Shown here: piece after piece, positions 14,922-25,077 of the stretch
Numbering within the stretch: the stretch's first letter is position 1
How the letters are laid out: every line of letters begins with the position of its first letter
DNA from: Syntrophorhabdaceae bacterium
Lineage (GTDB): Bacteria; Desulfobacterota; Syntrophorhabdia; Syntrophorhabdales; Syntrophorhabdaceae
Direction: 5' to 3'
NCBI GenBank assembly: GCA_963665295.1
Contig: OY762209.1
Location: 2,656,001 to 2,720,000, forward strand
Length of the DNA stretch: 64,000 bases
Position numbers and translations under genes: made by a program
Notes under the pieces: model-generated
The model's database searches: none
What the model saw: only the letters and a program-made list of their open reading frames with translations
What the model was told of the DNA's origin: nothing

Positions 14922-16016
14922 TCAGTCCTTACACGTGTAGTAGCAGATGCCCGCAGGTGTCTCCTTTGCATAAGGGAAATACCTCTTTTTGAACCAGAGG
15001 GACAGGTGGACCAGATTGATGAGGACCGGCACCTCCACGAGGGGGCCTATCACCGCGGCAAAGGCGGCACCCGAATTGATCCCGAAGACGGCCACGGCCA
15101 CGGCGATGGCAAGCTCGAAATTGTTCGACGCGGCGGTAAAGGAAAGCGTCGCGGCCTGCCCGTAGTGGGCCTTCACTTTTGCGCTCATGTAAAAGGAAAC
15201 GAGGAACATGATGATAAAGTAAATGAGCAGAGGAATGGCGATCCTTACCACGTCGAGCGGAATTTTCACGATATACTCGCCCTTCAGGGAGAACATGACG
15301 AGGATCGTAAAAAGAAGGGCGATAAGGGTCAGAGGGCTGATCATGGGAATGAACTTCTCATGGTACCACTGCTTGTTCTTTATGTTGATCAGGGCGAATC
15401 TCGTGATGACCCCTGCAATAAAGGGGATGCCGAGGTAGATGAAGACGCTCCGGGCGATTTGCCCGATGGTGATATTCACCGCCACACCCTTAAGCCCGAG
15501 GAAAGGGGGAAGAACGGTGATAAATATGTAGGCGTACACGGAGAAGAAAAGGACCTGGAAGATGGAGTTGAATGCCACGAGTCCCGCGCAGTATTCCGTA
15601 TCCCCTTTCGCAAGATCATTCCAGACGATGACCATGGCGATGCACCGGGCAAGGCCGATCATGATGAGCCCCACCATGTATTCCGGATAGCCCCTCAGGA
15701 ATATGACGGCGAGGAGGAACATGAGGATAGGACCCACGACCCAGTTTTGAACGAGGGAAAGGCCAAGGACCTTGACGTTCTTGAATACCTCTCCCAGTTC
15801 TTCGTACTTTACCTTCGCAAGGGGCGGGTACATCATGAGTATAAGTCCTATGGCAATGGGAATATTGGTTGTCCCCGACTGGAACCGGTTCCAGAAATCG
15901 ACCACGCCCGGGGAAACGTAGCCCCATCCCACCCCTATGAACATGGCCAGAAATATCCATAACGTGAGAAACCGGTCCAAAAAAGAAAGTTTTCTGCTGA
16001 GTTGTTCTCCGGCCAT
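14922..16016 (-). CDS. acr3: ACR3 arsenite efflux transporter
   Basis: [39 protein letters not shown]. Confidence 0.93.
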   Translation of the reverse strand: MAGEQLSRKLSFLDRFLTLWIFLAMFIGVGWGYVSPGVVDFWNRFQSGTTNIPIAIGLILMMYPPLAKVKYEELGEVFKNVKVLGLSLVQNWVVGPILMFLLAVIFLRGYPEYMVGLIMIGLARCIAMVIVWNDLAKGDTEYCAGLVAFNSIFQVLFFSVYAYIFITVLPPFLGLKGVAVNITIGQIARSVFIYLGIPFIAGVITRFALINIKNKQWYHEKFIPMISPLTLIALLFTILVMFSLKGEYIVKIPLDVVRIAIPLLIYFIIMFLVSFYMSAKVKAHYGQAATLSFTAASNNFELAIAVAVAVFGINSGAAFAAVIGPLVEVPVLINLVHLSLWFKKRYFPYAKETPAGICYYTCKD

Positions 16017-16046
16017 CCGTTCTCTCCTCCTTCTATGCAGCGGAAT

Positions 16047-16463
16047 TCATTTTGCGCCCCGTCGTCTGCCCGTCTTGCGGGCACCGGGGCGGGAAGACCG
16101 CGCCATAAGATCCTCCGGCGTTTTCGTCTCGCACAGCTTCTCGGCCTTTACCACTTCCATTCTTGCCGCATCCTCCCGGGACCACTCTAGGGAAGAGAGG
16201 CGCTCGCGCATGAAATCGAGTTGGGCCGACGAGACCCCGTCCAGGGGCTCCTTGATGAAATAGTGCATCCATACTCCCACCCGTTTGCTACCCACCAGTC
16301 CCGAATTCCTGAGGTACGCGAGGTGCCTGGATATCTTTGACTGGGGTTCGTTGAAGATCGCCATGAGGTCGCACACGCATAGCTCTCCGTGGGTGAGGAG
16401 CATCAGGATTCTGAGCCTCATCTCCTCGGAGAGGGCCTTATACAATTGGACGGTCCGTTCCAT
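16047..16463 (-). CDS. arsR: ArsR/SmtB repressor
   Basis: ELCVCDL box, SRHLAYLR; upstream of acr3. Confidence 0.9.
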   Translation of the reverse strand: MERTVQLYKALSEEMRLRILMLLTHGELCVCDLMAIFNEPQSKISRHLAYLRNSGLVGSKRVGVWMHYFIKEPLDGVSSAQLDFMRERLSSLEWSREDAARMEVVKAEKLCETKTPEDLMARSSRPGARKTGRRRGAK

Positions 16464-16578
16464 GGTCGATCTCCTGCATCGTGATAACCGCATATGCGGA
16501 TATAACGATATCTATACCATTCCGTTCCCGCACGGTCAAGAGAGATTTTCGGGTAGGAAGAGACGACGCGGGTGTGGT

Positions 16579-17229
16579 ATGGTATGTGCATCCATGATGA
16601 TGGTTTGCTTGAATATTCGCGGCGCCCGTACCGGGTCCGTCCTTCTTTTTGCGTCTCTTGCCCTTATGTTTTTTTCGCTCTTCTTCAAGGGGCCGTCGAG
16701 CACCGCATATGGGGCGGAGGCCCTTATCCCTTCTTTCGGGACGGGAAGGGTGGCGGTAAGGCTCTACACGGATTTCTTCTGTCCCCCATGCCGGGCCATG
16801 GAGCCGAAAATGGAGCCGCTCCTCACTGAGTTGATGAGAAGGAATGCCGTCAGTCTCACCATGGTGAATACTCCCCTTACCAGGGCTTCGCGCACCTATG
16901 CGAGGTACTTTCTGTACATATTGAACGAAAAGAAGGAATTTGACCATGCCATGGCTGCACGGTCCGCGCTTTTCAGTGCCTCCCTCGAAGACATAACCGA
17001 TGAGGTGAAGCTGGAGGAATATCTGAGGCGGAAGGGGATAGGGTTCAAGCCCTTCGACGCGAAGCCCTCATTCGATATCATGACCGATTATCTGAAGACC
17101 GACAGGGTAACGTCTACACCCACCTGCATTCTGGTCGAGGGCGGTTTGGTAACGAAGTTGAGGGGCGACGCTGATATCGTAAAAGCCCTGGAGCGGTTGA
17201 GGCGGGAGGCAGGGCCGGCGGCGCGGTAA
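16579..17229 (+). CDS. Exported thioredoxin-fold (DsbA-like) protein
   Basis: Hydrophobic leader, YTDFFCPPC, cis-Pro STPT; start uncertain. Confidence 0.7.
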   Translation: MVCASMMMVCLNIRGARTGSVLLFASLALMFFSLFFKGPSSTAYGAEALIPSFGTGRVAVRLYTDFFCPPCRAMEPKMEPLLTELMRRNAVSLTMVNTPLTRASRTYARYFLYILNEKKEFDHAMAARSALFSASLEDITDEVKLEEYLRRKGIGFKPFDAKPSFDIMTDYLKTDRVTSTPTCILVEGGLVTKLRGDADIVKALERLRREAGPAAR

Positions 17230-18276
17230 TCACTCCACGTAACGGAGTCTCCTGAGCTTGATGACCACGTGCACATTGCTCCCTTCTTTCAGGTCCATGT
17301 CATCGAAGACATTTTCCGGCACTTCGGCAACGAGCCTGGTCCTCCCGATGGACACCTTTACCCGGACGAGGGAATGGAAGCGCACGATCTCGGCGACGGA
17401 ACCGCGGTAACGGTTGAGGGTCGGCCCGGGCGGCTTCGTATTGGAGATATAGATATCGTAGGGGGAGATGGCGATCTTCCCTATCTTGTCTCCTTCGTAG
17501 GGGAGGACCATCTTGAGGTCTCCCGTGGCAATCTCCACGAGGCCCGAAGAAAGGACCCTGTATTCATCGCACTTGAGGATATTGGGCATGCCCACAAACT
17601 CGGACACCACATCGGTGGCGGGGTGGAAAAGGATATCAGAAGGACGGGCGATCTGCTCGATAGCACCCTTGTGCATAATGGCGATCCTGTCCGCTATCTC
17701 TTCAGCTCCCCGCAGGTCGTGGATGACGAAGACGGACGTGATCTTAAGCCGTTTGAGGAGCGCTCTGAGTTCCACCCTGAGATACTTCGCACTTTGCACA
17801 TCGAGGCTCGCCGTGGGCTCGTCGAGGAGGAGTACCTTCTGAAAAGGGGCCACCGCCCTCGCTATGGCAACCCTTTGTTTTTCTCCGCCACTGAGGAGAG
17901 AAGGCCGCCTGTCCTTGAGCCTGCCTATATGAAGGGCGTCGGTCAACTCCTTTACCCTGCCCTCGATGACGTCCTTGTCGTACCCCTGCACCTTAAGGCC
18001 ATAAGCGATGTTTCCTGCCACGGTGAGATGGGGAAAGAGGGCCAGGTCCTGAAAGAGATATCCGATCCCCCGTTTATGCGGGGGGACGCGGTCGATCTTT
18101 TTGCCGTCCACGAGGACCTCCCCCTTATACTGGGTGAGCCCGGCGAGGACGTTGAGGACAGTCGATTTACCGGCTCCGTTCGGTCCCACCAGGGCAAGAA
18201 CTTCCTCGTCCTCCACAGCGAGGTTGATATCCCGAAGGGCGTAGTTGGTCACATTCTTGAGTTCTAGGCGGGGCAT
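17230..18276 (-). CDS. modC: Molybdate/tungstate ABC ATPase with TOBE domain
   Basis: GPNGAGKST, LSGGEKQR, LLLDEP; operon context. Confidence 0.8.
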   Translation of the reverse strand: MPRLELKNVTNYALRDINLAVEDEEVLALVGPNGAGKSTVLNVLAGLTQYKGEVLVDGKKIDRVPPHKRGIGYLFQDLALFPHLTVAGNIAYGLKVQGYDKDVIEGRVKELTDALHIGRLKDRRPSLLSGGEKQRVAIARAVAPFQKVLLLDEPTASLDVQSAKYLRVELRALLKRLKITSVFVIHDLRGAEEIADRIAIMHKGAIEQIARPSDILFHPATDVVSEFVGMPNILKCDEYRVLSSGLVEIATGDLKMVLPYEGDKIGKIAISPYDIYISNTKPPGPTLNRYRGSVAEIVRFHSLVRVKVSIGRTRLVAEVPENVFDDMDLKEGSNVHVVIKLRRLRYVE

Positions 18277-18306
18277 GGCACCAACCTTCCCCAGGGCCTC
18301 CCTGCC

Positions 18307-19089
18307 TTAGACCCCGACATAGGGCTCCCTTCGCGTGAAGAACCTCACGCCGTAAAGAATGCTCAATCCGATTGCCACAAGGAGCAGTACGAGGACCACC
18401 GTTCCTTCGATGTCGGCGCTTGCAAGCCTCATGTATATGGCAACCGGGATGGTCTCTGTTTTCATGGCCATGGACCCCGCGATAGTGATGGTCGCGCCGA
18501 ATTCTCCGACGGCCTTTGCCCAGGTAAGAATCGAGGAGGCGATGATCCCGCGTTTCGAGAGGGGGAGGGTGACGGTGAAGAAGGCCTTCGAGGGAGAGGC
18601 CCCGAGGGTCCTTGCCACCTCTTCATATCGCTGCGGTATCTCGTCCATGGCGGCCTTGATAAGCCGTATGGCGATCCCTACGGTGGTGACGAACTGGGCT
18701 ATCAGGATGCCGTAGATGGTGAATACGACTTGCATGCCCTTTTCCTGTATGGCGCTGCCGAAGGGGGTATTGAAAAATACGAGCACCATGGCGCCCAGGG
18801 CAACGGGAGAGACGATCATGGGCAGTTCCAGGATCGTGTCGATGATATGGCGGCCGAAGAAGTTATACCGCGAAAGTGCGTAGGCCGCGGGCACGGCGAA
18901 GAAGATGGAGACGATCGTAACGGCCGTGGCAGTCATAAGACTCAGGCGGACCGAAAAGAGCGTCCTTTCCGACAGGAGGATGTCGAGAAAGACCGGTCCC
19001 TTGAAAAAGCTGAACAGAGAGAGGATGAGCCCTCCATAGACGCAAAAGATGCATATGCCGAATCCTATGGAGAGCCGCTTAAAAGTCAT
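18307..19089 (-). CDS. modB: Molybdate ABC permease
   Basis: YEEVARTLGA loop, AVGEFGAT. Confidence 0.82.
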   Translation of the reverse strand: MTFKRLSIGFGICIFCVYGGLILSLFSFFKGPVFLDILLSERTLFSVRLSLMTATAVTIVSIFFAVPAAYALSRYNFFGRHIIDTILELPMIVSPVALGAMVLVFFNTPFGSAIQEKGMQVVFTIYGILIAQFVTTVGIAIRLIKAAMDEIPQRYEEVARTLGASPSKAFFTVTLPLSKRGIIASSILTWAKAVGEFGATITIAGSMAMKTETIPVAIYMRLASADIEGTVVLVLLLVAIGLSILYGVRFFTRREPYVGV

Positions 19090-19943
19090 TTTGAGGTCCA
19101 TTCCTTTGGGAGCGCGTATTCCCCGCCCACGGGTTTTTTCTCCCCTATCCACGCGAAGGCTTCATCGGGGCTCATGAAGTAGTGATATTTTCTGAAGATC
19201 AGACGGCCCTCCTCGGAGAGAATGAAGTCGACAAACTTCTGCGCCAGGGGCCGGTTGGAGGTGAACTTTGATACGGCGATGGGAATGTAGCCCACGCGGA
19301 CGATCTCCTCCTTCTTCAAAGGTATGGTTTCGATGCGGGCGGGGTCCCAGTACTGGAACACCCTCCAGCCGAGGACGGCGTCTGCGGCTTTCAATGAGAC
19401 GACGGTTGCCGTCTTTTCACAACTTTCCGTGTAGTTCACGAGGTTCTTTCTGAACCCGGCGAGTTCCGCCGGTTTGAGGTTCTTCTCCACGATCTCCACC
19501 GCGTAGAGGCCGACGCATACGCCGTCTGGATTCGCGATGGCGACCCGGAGGCCCGGCCGCGCAAGGTCGGTAAGGGATTTTATCCCCTTCGGGTTCCCTT
19601 TCTGGACGTTGATGGCGGGAACAAGATAGACTACGCGTTTTTCCGTTTCAGGGAAGACGACCCCTTTCTTTTTGGCGATTTCCATGAAGTCGGAAGAGCC
19701 GGGGAAATAGATGTCGCCCTTTTTGGAGAGCGTCATCTGGGAAAGAACGAAGCCGGACCCGCCGAAGGTGATGTTGACCTTGACGCCCGTCTTCTTCTCG
19801 AATATCCTTGCCGCTTCCTCGGTAGGGGGTTTGCTCGCCGCCCCGGCGAAGACGAGGATTTCCTCCGCACGGGAAGTGGATGCTGCAAGGATGAAGAAAG
19901 ACATAAGAACAAAGAAAAGGGTACGGGCGACATGGGTCTTCAT
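19086..19943 (-). CDS. modA: Molybdate ABC substrate-binding protein
   Basis: Signal peptide, VFAGAAS, FGGSG, VAIANP. Confidence 0.82.
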   Translation of the reverse strand: MKTHVARTLFFVLMSFFILAASTSRAEEILVFAGAASKPPTEEAARIFEKKTGVKVNITFGGSGFVLSQMTLSKKGDIYFPGSSDFMEIAKKKGVVFPETEKRVVYLVPAINVQKGNPKGIKSLTDLARPGLRVAIANPDGVCVGLYAVEIVEKNLKPAELAGFRKNLVNYTESCEKTATVVSLKAADAVLGWRVFQYWDPARIETIPLKKEEIVRVGYIPIAVSKFTSNRPLAQKFVDFILSEEGRLIFRKYHYFMSPDEAFAWIGEKKPVGGEYALPKEWTSK

Positions 19944-19970
19944 TTAATTGGGCTCCTATTCCAGATTTGA

Positions 19971-19994
19971 CGGTATATAATGTATTATATAACG
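19971..19994. promoter_or_regulatory. ModE-type operator
   Basis: CGGTATATA-ATGTAT-TATATAACG matches CGnTATATA-N6-TATATAnCG, 27 bp upstream of modA. Confidence 0.85.
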
Positions 19995-20037
19995 GTTGAA
20001 TCTGTCAACGAAATGGAGTCTTTCCGGATTATCTCCG

Positions 20038-21261
20038 CTACGGATGATCGCCGGTCGCCTGCTGATTGTGGTCTGCCTGCGGGATTTCGCCTATACGCTT
20101 GAGGAGCGGGGTCATGGTCAGTCCTTGCACGAATATGGAAAAGGCCACCACCGCGAACGCGACGGAGACAATCATCTCCTGACCGGGCACGGTGGAAGGA
20201 AGACCCAGTGCGAGGGCAAGGGCAAGGGCGCCTCGCAGCCCTCCCCAGAACAACACGTGCTGGTGTCGGACCTGCACGCGAAGGGCGGACGACGCGAAAA
20301 GGGCGGCGCAGGGGTAAACGGCGCATGCCCGTCCCACTATGACAAGAAGGGTGGCGATAATTGCGGGCGTGACTATCCCTGCAAAATTACTACGCGACAG
20401 GTATATGCCGATACCGAGGAAAATAAGAGAGTTGGCCACAAAACCCAGGTATTCCCAAAAGGCGGTAACCGCAACCCTTCCTTTGGGGGAAATAGCGCCG
20501 AGGGGTCCCACGTTCCCTATGACCAACCCGGCGGTGAGTGACGCGAGAATCCCGGAACAATGAAAGTGCTCCGCAAGGAGGAAAGATCCGTATGCCGCGA
20601 CCACGGTAAAGGCAATTTTGACGAGATGGTCTTCCGTCCGTTTTGCGAGGAGCATAAGAGCACCTGCCAGGAGGGCCCCCGACAGTATGCCGCCTCCAAT
20701 GGTAAAGACGAGGGCCTTGACAACACCGCCCGCGCTTAAGCTGCTTCCCGAAGCGATCACGAGCATGACCCCGAAGCCGACCGCTGCCGTGCCGTCATTG
20801 AGAAGGCTTTCCGATTCGACCAGCAGTCTCAGCCGGCCGTGGACCCCCGCTTCTTTAAAGGCGGCGATTACGGAAACAGGATCGGTAGCCGCGATAAGGA
20901 TCCCGAAAAGGAGGGCGCTGATCCACTCCCATCCCGCAAAATATCTCATCCCCAATGCGGTCACGCCCCAAGACAGGCATACCCCGATTGTTGCGAGGAG
21001 GATAACCACCGGAAATTCCTTCCGCAGTTCCTTCCAACGGATCTCCAGGGCCGCCTCGAAGACAAGAGGCGGCAGCAGCACATTGAATATGAGGTCTTTG
21101 GTAAAGGGCACATCCGCGAAGAACGAGTGAAGTGAAAGGATAACGCCGGCAACCACCAGCCCCACCGTGTAAGGGACCCGGACCCGGCGGGTAATTATTG
21201 CCACCACCCCCGAAATAAGGAGTAAAAGCAAAAACCGTTCTATCTGTATGGTTACCTGCAA
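20038..21261 (-). CDS. CPA1-family (NhaP-like) cation/H+ antiporter
   Basis: LLPPLVFEAA, AATDPVSV, ESLLNDG, WGGLRGA. Confidence 0.9.
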   Translation of the reverse strand: MQVTIQIERFLLLLLISGVVAIITRRVRVPYTVGLVVAGVILSLHSFFADVPFTKDLIFNVLLPPLVFEAALEIRWKELRKEFPVVILLATIGVCLSWGVTALGMRYFAGWEWISALLFGILIAATDPVSVIAAFKEAGVHGRLRLLVESESLLNDGTAAVGFGVMLVIASGSSLSAGGVVKALVFTIGGGILSGALLAGALMLLAKRTEDHLVKIAFTVVAAYGSFLLAEHFHCSGILASLTAGLVIGNVGPLGAISPKGRVAVTAFWEYLGFVANSLIFLGIGIYLSRSNFAGIVTPAIIATLLVIVGRACAVYPCAALFASSALRVQVRHQHVLFWGGLRGALALALALGLPSTVPGQEMIVSVAFAVVAFSIFVQGLTMTPLLKRIGEIPQADHNQQATGDHP

Positions 21262-21289
21262 AGTCGTGTCCCCATGGTTTGCGTTATAA

Positions 21290-21328
21290 ATCTGGCCGCT
21301 CGGCGGGCTTAACCCATCCGTCGAAGGG
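21290..21328 (-). ncRNA. Candidate Na+-I (DUF1646) riboswitch
   Basis: CGGAUGGGUUAAGCCCGCCGAGCGGCCAG: short hairpin with possible GGUU/GGCC pseudoknot, 5' of a cation antiporter; matched to a remembered consensus only. Confidence 0.6.
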
Positions 21329-21520
21329 TATGCATCATTATATGCTCAATAGTATATCAGGTATTTTCCCTTTAGGCTATATCCGCTACAGGCTATATCG
21401 GGACTTATGGGCCCACGCAAGCGTGATACTCATCTGACTGGCGAGACGGGCCTTGACTTGTACGGCCGTTGGCCATAAATTTCCCAAGGATACTTGCTGT
21501 TACGGAGTTTCATCGGGTTC

Positions 21521-21569
21521 GGGGTATGCCGCTCCCCGAAGGGATCACGAAAGGATGGTCGGGCCGCCA
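21521..21569 (+). ncRNA. Candidate nhaA-I (Li+-I) riboswitch
   Basis: GGGUA...GGUCGGGCCGCC in the nhaA leader, overlapping a terminator; matched to a remembered consensus only. Confidence 0.7.
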
Positions 21570-21599
21570 CCCGGGATTAATCTCTTGGGTGGCGTTTTT
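21565..21599 (+). terminator. Leader terminator (riboswitch expression platform)
   Basis: CGCCACCCGGGA...TCTTGGGTGGCG followed by TTTTT. Confidence 0.8.
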
Positions 21600-21689
21600 G
21601 TGCGACAGCGCTCCGGAATAAAAGGAAAGGACGTTGTGACCGATGGGGGACCGGCGATGGGTCCCGGGCTGTCTCAGGCGGAGCAAGTT

Positions 21690-22868
21690 ATGAGAACAAA
21701 AATAACTCATATCTTTTTGCAGTTTGTTCAAAACGAGAAGACAGGCGGCCTTGTGCTCGTCTTTGCGACTTTTGCCTCTATTATAATCGCGAACTCGTCG
21801 TTGGGCACTCACTACGCAAACTTCTGGCATTACAATCTTGACCTTCCACTCCCGGGGGTCACGCTGAGGCACAGTATCGCCGAATGGGTAAATGATGGGT
21901 TAATGAGCGTCTTCTTTCTCCTGGTGGGGCTGGAAATCGAGAGAGAGCTATATCACGGTGAACTGTCTGAAATAAAGAACGCCCTTCTTCCCATAGTTGG
22001 CGCTCTTGGAGGAATGATAGTTCCGGGGCTTGTACACTTTTCGCTTAATGCGGGGACCTCCATGCAATCCGGGTTCGGCATCCCCGTGGCAACGGACATC
22101 GCTTTTTCCCTGGGGGTGCTTTCATTGCTGGGCAGAAGGGTCCCCGTGTCTCTTAAAGTGGTCCTTACTGCCCTGGCCATAATCGACGATCTGGGCGCGA
22201 TACTGGTGATCGCCTTCTTCTACGTCCGACTTTTCTCTTTCCTTTCCCTCGCCTGCGCGTTGGGTATCTTTGCGGTTCTGATCGTGCTGAACCGGCTGAA
22301 GATCGACAGCTTACCTATCTATCTCATCGCCGGAGTCATAATGTGGTTCTTCATGCTTAAGTCGGGGGTCCATGCCACCATTACGGGAGTGTTACTCGCC
22401 TTCGCCATTCCGTTCCGGAGAGGAGACAGGTTTTCTCCCTCTTATAGATTGGAGCGATTTCTGGACAGGCCTACGCCCCTCTTCGTTGTTCCCATATTCG
22501 TTCTCGCTAATACCGGGATCATCCTGGCTCCCGGATGGTATGCAAGCCTGGTCGACTATAATACCCTGGGCATTTTTGCAGGGCTTGTCCTCGGGAAGCC
22601 ACTGGGGATTGTACTTTTCAGCTTGATCGCGGTAAGGGCCGGGTTGTGCAGGCTTCCCGACGACCTGAGTTGGTGGCACATGGTGGGAATGGGAATGCTG
22701 GGAGGGGTCGGATTTACCATGTCCATCTTCATTACCAACCTTGCCTTTATGAGCGCAAGAACGGTGCAGAACTCCAAAGTGGCGATTTTGACGGGTTCCG
22801 TGGTGGCGGCTGTAGCCGGCTTTCTTGTTCTGTTCGACAGAAAAAAGCCTGCGCCTTCCGAAAAGTGA
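21690..22868 (+). CDS. nhaA: Na+/H+ antiporter NhaA
   Basis: WVNDGLMSVFFLLVGLE, ATDIAF, LAIIDD, GFTMSIFI. Confidence 0.95.
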   Translation: MRTKITHIFLQFVQNEKTGGLVLVFATFASIIIANSSLGTHYANFWHYNLDLPLPGVTLRHSIAEWVNDGLMSVFFLLVGLEIERELYHGELSEIKNALLPIVGALGGMIVPGLVHFSLNAGTSMQSGFGIPVATDIAFSLGVLSLLGRRVPVSLKVVLTALAIIDDLGAILVIAFFYVRLFSFLSLACALGIFAVLIVLNRLKIDSLPIYLIAGVIMWFFMLKSGVHATITGVLLAFAIPFRRGDRFSPSYRLERFLDRPTPLFVVPIFVLANTGIILAPGWYASLVDYNTLGIFAGLVLGKPLGIVLFSLIAVRAGLCRLPDDLSWWHMVGMGMLGGVGFTMSIFITNLAFMSARTVQNSKVAILTGSVVAAVAGFLVLFDRKKPAPSEK

Positions 22869-22970
22869 TGAAAGGCATCCGTATAAGCCATTAGCAAAGT
22901 CAGGAGAATCCTGCTTTGGGTTTGCGAAAAACTTATGGAATCGGACGCGATAGGTGTATAATTACATTAT

Positions 22971-23645
22971 ATGAACAGGAAAGACGATTTCGGCGAACTG
23001 TGGGATGCGTTGCCCGAGGATGTGAGGGAAGAATTGCTCAAGGCCGCAGAGGAATCGACGGCCCAATCGGTGGAGGAGTTCATCTCCGAGATATTTGTGG
23101 GCGAGTGCCCCAAATGCGGCAGCAAAGCCACGAAAGACTGCGAAGAGGCGACCGGAATTGAAGATATGACCGTGGGGCTTTGTGAAAACTGCGGTTATCT
23201 CTGGTGTACCGAATGCGGACGTTCCGTGGAAAAGGGCAAAACCTGCGAACACTGGGCTGTGTGTGAAAAGTGCACCGAGGAAAAGGACGAGTACGGCGAC
23301 TGCGGTCTGGCCACGTGGGAGTGCGAGAAAGTCTCGGTCTTTGAAGAGGCGGAAAGTGATGAGCCTTTACATGAGTGCGCGTGGTGCGGGGGACAGATTG
23401 AGCGGGAGGTCGGAATATTCGCCGTAGGCGCAAAGGCGCGGAAGGGAATGAAACTGAAAGAGTATGAAGGCTCAATCCTGGAAATGGGTCTTGTCCATAG
23501 CGAGAAGACCGTGCCCGCCATAATACCGACCCAGGACTCGGAGGCCAAGAGGAGCGGAAGCGATATTATCTTCCTCGTATGCAGCAGAGAATGCGGCGAC
23601 CTCCTGAAGAAGGCGCTGAGGAAGGAGAAATTCACGTTAGTCTGA
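22971..23645 (+). CDS. Acidic Cys-rich hypothetical protein (multiple CxxC)
   Basis: CPKC, CENC, CTEC, CEKC, CAWC, CSREC. Confidence 0.7.
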   Translation: MNRKDDFGELWDALPEDVREELLKAAEESTAQSVEEFISEIFVGECPKCGSKATKDCEEATGIEDMTVGLCENCGYLWCTECGRSVEKGKTCEHWAVCEKCTEEKDEYGDCGLATWECEKVSVFEEAESDEPLHECAWCGGQIEREVGIFAVGAKARKGMKLKEYEGSILEMGLVHSEKTVPAIIPTQDSEAKRSGSDIIFLVCSRECGDLLKKALRKEKFTLV

Positions 23646-23921
23646 TCCTTGTGCCGTACGCGTCTGCGTACCTCTTCGTCCGGCTTTCCGCCGCTGAGAC
23701 AAGGGGTCTTGGGACCCGGTTGCCTTAGCTCAAGATATCGTATCGATTCTGCCGGCGTCAAGCGGGCCGTTCCTGTTCCGGAAAAGGTGTTCGTGATTTG
23801 TGATGAGCGGACGGCGATGAAATGAGACCAAAAATCTCTTATCCTTGCCGGGGGCTGACGGCAAGGATCATATAAGGGCAATTACCTCCTTATCGTCGGT
23901 CGGATGGTTGCTGAAGACAGG

Positions 23922-24206
23922 TTATATCAGTTTTTGAACAAGCTCATCCACGGTAATGACCGGGAGAGTCACAATCTCAATGGTACCCCGTGAGCCAAGC
24001 TCAATGGACGCCTTTGCAATGGCCTCGTTATTCGGGGCTTCGAGAACGCTGAGGAAATCGCTGGATCCGAGCAGCGCATACTGATCCAGCACCTTTACAC
24101 CCATCTTCTCTACTTCCTCGTCCACTTCCAGGATGCGATCGGCGTGCTTCTTGACCGTCTTCCTCCCTTCATGAGTCAGCTTGACAAGCATTATATATAT
24201 GGGCAT
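23922..24206 (-). CDS. GYD-domain protein
   Basis: MPIYIMLVKLT...QYALLGSSDFLSVLEAP; AGGAGG RBS. Confidence 0.8.
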   Translation of the reverse strand: MPIYIMLVKLTHEGRKTVKKHADRILEVDEEVEKMGVKVLDQYALLGSSDFLSVLEAPNNEAIAKASIELGSRGTIEIVTLPVITVDELVQKLI

Positions 24207-24378
24207 TGTGTGACCTCCTGTTGATAATCTTAGTTTCATTGTACCACAGGTTCCGGGGTTGTCAACTGATTCTCGTGCCTGCGAAGGGAACAGGGGACCG
24301 CTCCCCGGGAACCATACCTGTTTGCGGGAAGCGGTCCCCTGACGGGAAACACGCAATTGTGGGTTCGGGAACAGGCGC

Positions 24379-25077
24379 TCAGGAGATTGTTTTCAGTTTC
24401 CGGAAGGGCACAATAAGGCCCTTTGTCCATGACGTGATTGCGTTCCAGTTCCTGAAGTCTCCCTCCGGCACCCCTTTGGCCTGCATTTTAGATTTCATCA
24501 CCATCCGAACCACCACGTTCATTTTGCTGTAGTCGAGGGCGCCGGCGAAGAACCCGGAGTCCACGGGACGCACCTCGGGTGCGGCCTTGAGCGCGGGCTC
24601 CATATAATTTCGGGCGAGCTTTCGGGCCTCCGCGGTATCTTCGTAGAGAGCGAGGCATGTGAGGAAATAGGCTACAGGTATCCTGCTCAAGGCCTCGCGG
24701 TGCCTTTGTGCAAACTCTATGGCGTCAGGCAGCCACGTCGCCCGGTTTACCGCGCTGCCGAGCACGACGGCGGTGTACGGGCCTATATCCTCCACCTGTT
24801 TCGCAAGGCGCGTGTCAACGTCGAAGCCGGCGCCGCACAATGTCCGTCCGATAGTCTCTGCTACGCCGCCGGTGGTCCCGCAACGGCTTGCATAGACTAC
24901 AAGGACCTTTTGGCCCGCCATTTCCCCAGATTTGCAGCTTGATTCGGCAAAATCGACCCCCGCGGCATCTGCCTTCCCCACGGACAAGGTCCTGCCGCCC
25001 GGAGCGACAAGACCGGCGGCAAACCCCGCCAACACCGATCCCACCCACATAAACTCTCTTCTCGTGAAGTTTCTCAT
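24379..25077 (-). CDS. Flavodoxin-domain protein (HemG-like) with Tat-type signal
   Basis: TRREFM twin-arginine motif; YASRCGTT, FFAGALD, GDFRNW. Confidence 0.8.
   Translation of the reverse strand: MRNFTRREFMWVGSVLAGFAAGLVAPGGRTLSVGKADAAGVDFAESSCKSGEMAGQKVLVVYASRCGTTGGVAETIGRTLCGAGFDVDTRLAKQVEDIGPYTAVVLGSAVNRATWLPDAIEFAQRHREALSRIPVAYFLTCLALYEDTAEARKLARNYMEPALKAAPEVRPVDSGFFAGALDYSKMNVVVRMVMKSKMQAKGVPEGDFRNWNAITSWTKGLIVPFRKLKTIS

Noticed and set aside
23195..23881. 228-aa minus-strand ORF with AAGGAGG RBS
   Set aside because: Mostly antisense to 22971-23645, has no recognisable motifs, and its 5' part overlaps a strong hairpin
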